Source of the DNA: Octopus sinensis
Taxonomy: Eukaryota
Reading direction: 5' to 3'
NCBI RefSeq assembly: GCF_006345805.1
Contig: NW_021828418.1
Coordinates: 1-7,419 of the forward strand
Length of the DNA: 7,419 bases
In this document: positions 1 through 6,628 of the stretch, one piece after another
How the letters are laid out: each line of letters begins with the position of its first letter
Position numbering within the stretch: the first letter of the stretch is position 1
Made by a program: the position numbers and the translations under genes
The notes under the pieces: model-generated
Databases searched by the model: none
The model's input: only the letters and a program-made list of their open reading frames with translations
Told to the model about the DNA's origin: nothing

Positions 1-172
1 AAAAAGGAAAAGAAGAAGGAAAATCAGCCAAGCCCCCCCCCCCAGAGAGAAAATGGAATTGTTGAGAGCTGACGGGAAGAACAGGAATGTCACAACCTTT
101 TGCAGGAGAATCTGTGAAATGGAAGCAGATAGCTAAGAAGCATTCGAGATAAGACGATGACATATACGAGCA

Positions 173-317
173 TGTGTGTGTGTGTGTGTGTGTGTGTTTG
201 TGTGCATGTATTTATGTATATATATATATATATATACTTTATATATATAATATATATGCAAACGTTCATATATAAATACATATGTATATATGTATATATT
301 TATACAATAATATATAT

Positions 318-365
<48 letters not shown>

Positions 366-372
366 GATATAT

Positions 373-414
<42 letters not shown>

Positions 415-580
415 ATTATATTATATATACATATGTATATATGTACATACATATATACACAGACGCGCACATATATATATATGTATATATACATGTGTGT
501 ATAGTCATATGTGATATATATATATATATATATACATAATATATATATATACACATATACATACACTATGCATATATTAC

Positions 581-654
<74 letters not shown>

Positions 655-667
655 AAGAGAGAGAAGA
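173..667. repeat. Compound microsatellite field: (TG)n 173-204, long imperfect (TA)n with TG/CA interruptions, (AG)n 622-667
   Basis: Read directly from the sequence. It accounts for the ORFs at 90-714, which are Y/I/R/E/C/V runs. Confidence 0.97.
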
Positions 668-1002
668 GTTGTGATTTCTCATTGCTGCAAAAGTTATTGT
701 GTCGAACTAAATAGGTGAACGCAACATTCCCCAGGAAACCTCAAATGTATAACACAGCCGCCGCCCCCCTATCCTCACCTCATCCCCCACACCCCACCCG
801 AAGAACTGCCATCTGATTCTGACACTTCTGGAAAAATATTAATACATAGGGAAAGAAAAGGCATGGATAAAGTGCAACCTGAAAGTTCTTCGGTTTAGAA
901 GCTGACACTTTTGAAATTCTCAAAGTAGGTTTCTTCCTAATCAGCATTTGTTTCAAAAAGACGGCGAGCTGACAGAAACCTTATTTCTATTTCTTTACTA
1001 CC

Positions 1003-1351
1003 CACGGGACTTATTCTTTTGTAAGCCCAGTACTTATTCTATCTGTCTCTTTTTGCCGAACCGCTAGGTAAAGGGGACATAAACACACCAGCATCGGTTG
1101 TCATGCAATGCTAGGGGGACAAACACAGACAAAAAACACACCACCACATTATATATATATTATATATATTATTAATATATATATATACATATATACGACG
1201 GGCTTCTTTCAGTTTCCGTCTACCAAATCCACTCACAAGGCTTTGGTCGGCCCGACCTATAGTAGAAGACACTTGCCCAAGGTGCCACGCAGTGGGACTG
1301 AACCCGGGACCATGTGGTTGGTAAACAAGCTTCTTACCACACAGCTACTCC
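1003..1351 (-). mobile_element. tRNA-derived CORE-type SINE (family A), 3'-truncated, with an internal (TA)n tract at ~1149-1195
   Basis: On the minus strand: A-box-like TAGCTGTGTGG (1335-1347 region), B-box-like GGTTCAGTCCC (1294-1304), then ACCTTGGGCAAGTGTC (1268-1283), which resembles the MIR/CORE motif ACCTTGGGCAAGTCAC. A 20-nt perfect match to its head recurs at 6345-6364. The octopus family assignment is from recall only. Confidence 0.85.
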
Positions 1352-1489
1352 TATATATATAATTAAATATATATATAATTTTTTTATAACACCAATCAAA
1401 GAACGATAGTGGAGTTCACAACAGACATCAGTGATCTGACTATCACCTGTATTCTTGACAAGAGATACCAGGGAGTCTTTTACACTTAC

Positions 1490-1591
1490 CAGCCGCTATC
1501 GTATTAGCTTGAGTTGCTGGAAATTTTTTTCGTTCCTTTAAGAATATTGTAGAACGGAAAATTTTCATAGATTGGAATTTAAATCCTATCT
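1490..1591 (-). other. Candidate internal exon (102 nt, with an alternative 27-nt version at 1490-1516); unproven
   Basis: Minus strand: acceptor TTTTCTTTAG| at 1592 and donor CTG|GTAAGT at 1489-1484. One frame is open across the whole segment (IGFKFQSMKIFRSTIFLKERKKFPATQANTIAA, phase 1-1). I recognise no homology. Confidence 0.2.
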
Positions 1592-1758
1592 CTAAAGAAA
1601 ATTATTGTTTCAAAAAAACATTGAATTTAAATTACTTTTAATATTTTCGATTATAGATAACACCTCGGGCTGTAACTTCTGAACCCGAGTTAGGCGTGTG
1701 GGAACAATGTCGAGAGAACGTCTGCTCCGAATGATATTTGTCGACACTGTGTCTCCTT

Positions 1759-1759
1759 A

Positions 1760-1832
<73 letters not shown>

Positions 1833-1850
1833 TTATATATCTATCTATCA

Positions 1851-1910
<60 letters not shown>

Positions 1911-1915
1911 CTCTT

Positions 1916-1983
<68 letters not shown>

Positions 1984-1985
1984 AC
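1759..1985. repeat. (CT)n followed by (CTAT)n microsatellite
   Basis: Read directly from the sequence. It explains the LSLS/YLSI ORFs at 1698-2115. Confidence 0.97.
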
Positions 1986-1986
1986 T

Positions 1987-2232
1987 ATGTCTCTCTTTAT
2001 TTCTGAATATATATATATCCCAGATGAACCAACTTCACGGCAGGAGGTGCAGATGAGGGCAGCTGCATCGAACTCTCTCATGCACCAAATGGCAATTGCT
2101 AAAGAGCATTCGTGAAGTAAAATCATGTAGCAACACCGAATGATGGTGTCCCAGCATGGCCACAGCTTGTGAGCTGAAACTAGATAAAATAAAATAAAAA
2201 TATATATATATATTCAGAAATAATGGAGACAT
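1987..2232. repeat. Inverted repeat pair, arms 1987-2018 and 2200-2232
   Basis: The reverse complement of the left arm is ATATATATATATTCAGAAATAAagaGAGACAT; the right arm is ATATATATATATTCAGAAATAAtgGAGACAT. That gives 22 nt of perfect match plus a further 7 nt. Confidence 0.85.
2019..2199 (+). mobile_element. Probable 5'-truncated non-LTR retroelement (LINE or SINE) 3' end
   Basis: This is a GC-richer 181-bp island. It ends in a small stem-loop CAGCT-TGTG-AGCTG (2163-2176) and a (TAAAA)n tail (2185-2200), and is flanked on both sides by (TA)6, consistent with a target-site duplication in a TA run. The clade cannot be determined. Confidence 0.6.
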
Positions 2233-2235
2233 CGT

Positions 2236-2266
<31 letters not shown>

Positions 2267-2296
2267 TTAAATATATATATATATATATATATATAT
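2236..2296. repeat. (TA)n microsatellite
   Basis: Read directly from the sequence. Confidence 0.95.
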
Positions 2297-2822
2297 TCTC
2301 TCCTTTTTTCTCTCTCTCACTCCCCCCTTCCTGCTTTCGATTTGACCTTACTAATAGACTCCCTATTTTTAGGTCAATTGAAATAAAAACCTTTGACTCT
2401 GCAACACTATATAAATTCCCTACTGGGAATGACCAAGTTTAAAAATCTGCAGGATCTCACTCCTAAGGGAATCTAACATTGCTTATAAACTCTATATTTG
2501 GAAGGACCCCTTTTAAACTCTGTTGGACCTTTGGACTTTACTCATAGGCTATTGGAATATTGCATATATACCATTATGCCTATAAAATGGAGTTACCACT
2601 TCAATAGCAATACATATCTTGCATCTAATTTCTTTCCTCCACCTCACTCTCTTTTTTGTATCCTATCTGAATTAACTATTACTTAACCATCCTCTCATAC
2701 CGTCTCCGATGAAGGGATATTATTAATAAATATCCTGGAAACAGCTGTAAGACCTTCTATCTATAAATGTTCTAATACCTACACACCCTTGGTTTTTGTT
2801 ATCTCATTACGCAAAACAATTC
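2297..2822 (+). mobile_element. Putative Penelope-like element pLTR or retrozyme remnant
   Basis: Inferred from the hammerhead motif near its 3' end, which is an established hallmark of Penelope-like pLTRs and non-LTR retrozymes. It also has a pyrimidine-rich start and several hairpins. No intact RT or GIY-YIG ORF is present, and the boundaries are set only by the flanking TA runs. Confidence 0.5.
2702..2753 (+). ncRNA. Minimal type I hammerhead ribozyme motif, core variant, possibly inactive
   Basis: Stem I GTCT(2702-05)/AGAC(2750-53); core CCGATGA (2706-12; canonical CUGANGA); stem II GGATATT/AATATCC with a 7-nt loop plus a G.U pair; GAAA (2738-41); palindromic helix III ACAGCTGT (2741-48); GUA cleavage triplet, with the cut after 2749. 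Confidence 0.75.
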
Positions 2823-2833
2823 TTATATATATA

Positions 2834-3232
2834 CTAGCAGTATCGCCGGCCTTGCTCGGGTTTGTAAGGGAAGTAACTATATAAGCATTTTTAGAGATGT
2901 AAAGTATAATATCCATCTCAATATGGCTAACCACAAAGGATGGGGGTGTTACTGTAGCTTTTTACGTTCTGAAATTTAATAATTCATTTTTATAGAGTTA
3001 CTTCCCTTATATAATTGTAAATAAATGCATTAAAAATGGGAAAAAAAGATGGTAATTTTTTTTAAAATCGTAGACTCATCGTAGACGCGCGCTAATACCC
3101 AGAAGGGCTCGATATGAATCACTACTATAAGATACCCGCTTTTAGTTAAACTGCACCGCAAAATGTGGGAGTAGTTAGGAATCTAAATCGTAGGAGACAG
3201 ACACCACACAACTTCACTTTTATATATAAAGA
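2834..3232 (-). mobile_element. Non-autonomous Helitron, family Y, copy 1 (399 bp)
   Basis: The minus strand starts A|TCTTTATATATAAAA and ends CCCGAGCAAGGCCGGCGATACTGCTAG|T. This gives 5'-TC, a subterminal GC hairpin, CTAG-3', an A|T target and no TSD. It is about 93% identical (manual count) to 5666-5830 over the 5' part. Confidence 0.88.
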
Positions 3233-3329
3233 TATATATAAAATAAAATCAAAATTTGGCCAAAATTCAAGCACAAAATCCGTTTAATACGATCCGAAAA
3301 TGTCAAAGTCATGCTTTAATTTTTTTGAA

Positions 3330-3960
3330 ATAAAATAAAATGAAATAGAATAGAATAGTCCTTTCTACTCTCTTCACAAGGCCTGGACTTTGGGGCAAGC
3401 GTAAGTCGATTATATCGACCCCAGTAAACGATTGGTACTTAATTTATCGAAGCCGAATACAGATACATACACACAAATACATTCACGCATATATACATAC
3501 ACACATACATACATACACATACACGCATACATACATACATACAAACATAAACATACATAAATCATACATACATATAATTACATACATACATACATACATA
3601 CATAAAAAATACATACATACATACATACATACATAAATACATACAACATACATACATACCAACATACAATACATACATTACATACATACAAACAGACATA
3701 CATAATACATACATACATAATACATTACATACATACATACATACATACATCCATACATACACATACAAACCCCATACATAAAAACATCATACATACAATC
3801 ATACATACATACATACATAACATACATTACATACATACACACACACATACATACAAAGTCGGACGTCGGCGGAATTTGAACTCAGAACGTAAAGATAGAA
3901 GAAATACCACCAAGCATTTCTCCTGAGATTCTAACGACTCTGGCAGGCAACTTGCCGCCC
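3330..3960 (-). mobile_element. tRNA-derived SINE (family B), split by a ~400-bp (TACA)n tract
   Basis: Minus-strand head GGCGGC... at 3959 with B box GAGTTCAAATTCC (3871-3883). The 3' part at 3361-3456 includes the palindrome GTCGAT-TAT-ATCGAC (3405-3419) and a (TTCTA/TTTTA)n tail at ~3330-3358. Collinearity of the two halves relies on a recalled consensus. Confidence 0.7.
3457..3853. repeat. Imperfect (TACA)n tetranucleotide microsatellite
   Basis: Read directly from the sequence. It explains the MYVC ORFs. Confidence 0.97.
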
Positions 3961-3961
3961 T

Positions 3962-4134
3962 AGTAATAATAATAATAAATAATAATAATGATGATAAAAA
4001 TAATAATGATAATAATAATAATAATAATGATAATAATGATCATAATGATAATAATAATAATAATAATAATGGATGACGATGATGATATGATGTGAGAAAA
4101 TAATAATAATAATGATAATGATAATAATATAATA

Positions 4135-4165
<31 letters not shown>

Positions 4166-4201
4166 TGATAATAATAATAATGGTAATGATATTAATAATA
4201 A

Positions 4202-4233
<32 letters not shown>

Positions 4234-4462
4234 TAATAATAATAATAATAATAATAATATCTAATAATAATGATAATAATAATAATAATTAATAATAATA
4301 ATAATAATTAATAATAATAATAATGATAATAATAATAATGGTAATGATATTAATAATAATAATAATAATAAAATAATAATAATAATAATAATAATATAAT
4401 AATGATACTAATAATAATAATAATAATAATAATAATATATAATAATATAATAATAATAAATA

Positions 4463-4510
<48 letters not shown>
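3962..4510. repeat. (TAA)n/(GAT) trinucleotide microsatellite, ~550 bp
   Basis: Read directly from the sequence. It explains the poly-I/N ORFs. Confidence 0.97.
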
Positions 4511-4560
4511 TAGATGTGATAGTATTGCTGCTAATGATAATAGTAATTATTATATCGAAC

Positions 4561-4628
4561 ATTGGGTTCGATACAATCCATTAAGCTCCACCTCTCAACT
4601 CTCGAGGTTGTGTCTACAGCAGAAAGAA
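4561..4628 (+). mobile_element. Degenerate 3' fragment of SINE family B
   Basis: It aligns to the reverse complement of 3361-3425: ATTGGGTTCGATACAATCCATTAA vs ACTGGGGTCGATATAATCGACTTA (18/24), and both end in TTGTG...AG(T/C)AGAAAG. Confidence 0.5.
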
Positions 4629-4916
4629 TATAATTCTGGTGCACTTCAGAGAAATATTTCAATATTTACGGAGCAGGGCACCAGGTGTCGCAATATTACA
4701 ATGACAATCCTATTTCGTTGAATAATATGAAAACATGGATATTAAATAAGCTAGATGTTGAAGGAGTTTTCGGTTTTTAATTTTATATAAGTAGGCACTT
4801 ATTTCTGTTAATAATATCGCTGTGTTGCTTTAATTTTCTGCGTCCAGTTGGTGCTCGAATAGAACTAATTTCTGTGCTTGGCAATTATTTGAAACTGGAG
4901 AGGTAAATTAACAATA

Positions 4917-5356
4917 TCTCTCTCTATATAAACGGCAGTTTGTCTGTCTGTGTGTCTGTGTGTCTGTCAGGTTGTACCCTCACCCTCACCACGGCTTTCA
5001 ACCGATTCTGATGAAACTTGACACACACATAGCCCAATATCATAATTCAAATCTAACGCAGTGAAAATTTTGAAAAGTTCCCCCAGTTCTGAAAAAAATC
5101 GATAAATTCGACATGGGGTCGAGAATCTAAGCTTTTTATATGCAACACATTTTCTGTCTAGGGGACACAACTCGACCTTTTTATCGCCCAAAAGGACAGC
5201 TAGGAACATCGTATACACAGAAGTATTCGAGTGAAGCGAAGACATTGCAACCTACACATGCGCCTTCATTTCCTAGAGGGAAAGGACTAGGTTGGGATTA
5301 GTTGTTGCCTACTAGAGGCTCTTACATACCCGGGCAACGCCGGGCTATACTGTTAG
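4917..5356 (+). mobile_element. Non-autonomous Helitron, family X (440 bp)
   Basis: It begins A|TCTCTCTCTATATAAA followed by a (TGTC) tract, and ends CCCGGGCAACGCCGGG-CTATACTG-TTAG|T. The hairpin is at 5329-5344 and the terminal CTAG reads TTAG. There is no TSD, and removing it restores a contiguous AACAATA^TACTCAT. Confidence 0.85.
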
Positions 5357-5484
5357 TACTCATATAAACGATGGTGAGTTTCATTCAGTTTCCCTCGGCC
5401 TCGAAGCTAAAGTCGATGACGCTTGTCCAAGGTCGATCTAATGATTCAATGATAAGCGAGGCTCTGTGGTTAGAAGCTTGCTTC
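5357..5484. mobile_element. Rearranged relic of SINE family A, copy 1
   Basis: CATATAAACGATGG..TTCAGTTTCC and GCTAAAGTCGATGACGCTTGTCCAAGGT match 1188-1283 in the same orientation. They are followed by the SINE head in the opposite orientation. Confidence 0.7.
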
Positions 5485-5665
5485 CACTGCACATGTGCGA
5501 ATAAATATTGAAGGAGTTTTCGTTTTTAATTTTATATAAGTAGGCACTTATTTCTGTTAATAAAATCGTTGCGTTGCTTTAAATTTCTGATTCCATTTGA
5601 TGCTGGAATAAAACTAATTTCTGTGCTTGGCGATAATTTGAAACTGGACACCTAAATTAACAATA

Positions 5666-6263
5666 TCTTTATATATAAAAGTAAAGTTGTGTGTCTGTCC
5701 CCTTCGATTTAGATTCCTAACTACTCCCACATTTTGCGGTGCAGTTTAACCAAAACCGAGTATCTTATAGTCGGGATTCATATCGAGCCCTTCTGCGTAT
5801 TAGCGCGCGTCTACGATGAGTCTACGATTTAAAAAAAAATTACCATCATTTTTTTTCTATTTTAATGCATTTTTTTCGCTATTATATAAGGGAAGTAACT
5901 CTCTAAAAATGTTTACGATGAGTCTACGATTTAAAAAAAATTCGCCATCATTTTTTTCCATTTTAATGCATTTTTTGCTATTATATAAGGAAAGTAACTC
6001 TCTAAAAATGTCTACGATGAGTCTACGATTTAAAAAAAAAATTACCATCATTTTTTCCATTTTAATGCATTTTTTCGCTATTATATAGGGGAAGTAACTC
6101 TCAAAATGTCTACGATGAGTCAATGATTTAAAAAAAAAATTACCATCATTTTTTCCCATTTTTAATGCATTTTTTTGCTATTATATAAAGGAAGTAACTC
6201 TCTAAAAATGCTTATATTGTTATTTCCCTTACAAACCCGAGCAACGCTGGGCGATACTGCTAG
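5666..6263 (+). mobile_element. Non-autonomous Helitron, family Y, copy 2 (598 bp), with an internal 4x ~100-bp tandem array
   Basis: It begins A|TCTTTATATATAAAA and ends CCCGAGCAACGCTGGGCGATACTGCTAG|T. It is the same family as 2834-3232. Confidence 0.9.
5810..6210 (+). repeat. Tandem array of four ~100-bp units
   Basis: Units are 5810-5911, 5912-6010, 6011-6108 and 6109-6210. Each runs T(C/T)TACGATGAGTC...AAGTAACTCTC(T)AAAA(A)TG. Confidence 0.95.
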
Positions 6264-6369
6264 TACTCATATAAACGATGGTGAGTTTCATTCAGTTTCC
6301 GTCGGCCTCAAAGCTAAAGTCGATGACGCTTGTCCAAGGTCGAGGCTGTGTGGTAAGAAGCTTGCTTCC
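6264..6369. mobile_element. Rearranged relic of SINE family A, copy 2
   Basis: Paralogue of 5357-5484. Positions 6345-6364 are the exact reverse complement of 1326-1345. Confidence 0.7.
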
Positions 6370-6628
6370 ACTGCGCATGTGCGAATAATTGTGGTGTTCG
6401 ACACCAAAGCGGTGAGAAATGCTTTTGAAGCCGTCTCGAATTGAAAAAGTTTGAAGCTCCATTGTTAAGTAAGATTCTGTTTTTTTGGGTCCAGTGGGAA
6501 TTTTTGTTGAGAATTGATTTTGTACAGACAGAAAGTCCTACTGGATTCAGGATTCTGGTTCTCCCTGCATGAGCGGATATTTTCTCTCGCTGAATTGTGA
6601 GAATTTTGTTTGGGGCCGTCTTCGTCTT

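Larger units (their letters stand above)
4755..6388 (+). repeat. Tandem duplication of host sequence: unit 1 4755-5504, unit 2 5505-6388
   Basis: Left arms 4755-4916 and 5505-5665 differ at ~17 positions in ~161 nt (~89% identity). Right arms 5357-5504 and 6264-6388 differ by 5 substitutions plus one 23-nt indel. The middles are different Helitrons. Confidence 0.95.

Noticed and set aside
90-714. Six ORFs of 60-82 aa
   Set aside because: They are translations of (TA)n, (TG)n and (GA)n tracts, which lack stop codons in most frames.
819-916. Direct repeat CTGACACTT at 819 and 902
   Set aside because: It is only 9 bp with no similarity between the copies, so it is compatible with chance.
1108-1362. 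84-aa ORF
   Set aside because: It lies wholly within the antisense strand of a SINE and its internal TA tract.
1664-1689. CTCGGG/CCCGAG inverted repeat, and a nearby GACAC-T-GTGTC palindrome at 1743-1753
   Set aside because: The stems are short (5-6 bp) and have no supporting context.
1750-1760. TGTCTCCTTAT resembles the start of the palindrome arm at 1987
   Set aside because: It is about 10 nt of pyrimidine-rich match next to a CT microsatellite, which is too weak to call a third arm.
2430-2530. Fragments resembling a GIY-YIG C-terminus (FKNLQDLTPKGI; LLRESNIAYKL; EGPLLNS)
   Set aside because: They are in different frames, interrupted by stops, and only loosely similar by eye. A profile search would be needed, so I do not call a pseudogene.
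4553-4573. Hairpin TATCGAAC-ATTGG-GTTCGATA with a B-box-like GGTTCGA
   Set aside because: The right arm is the start of the degenerate SINE fragment. There is no A box or tRNA fold, and a single 8-bp stem is insufficient.
3483-4584. MYVC-rich and poly-Ile ORFs
   Set aside because: They are artefacts of the (TACA)n and (TAA)n microsatellites.
5007-5016. CTGATGAAAC, a hammerhead-like core
   Set aside because: There is no stem II between CUGAUGA and GAAA and no helix I/III pairing.
4967-5245. 92-aa minus-strand ORF
   Set aside because: It is internal to non-autonomous Helitron X and shows no Rep or helicase motifs.
5810-6210. Four regularly spaced ~100-bp repeats considered as a CRISPR-like array
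   Set aside because: The units are contiguous with no unique spacers, the context is eukaryotic, and they lie inside a Helitron.
6392-6406. Hairpin TGGTGT-TCG-ACACCA just outside the duplication end
   Set aside because: It is a 6-bp stem with no CTAG terminus downstream, so it is not a Helitron end and is likely chance.
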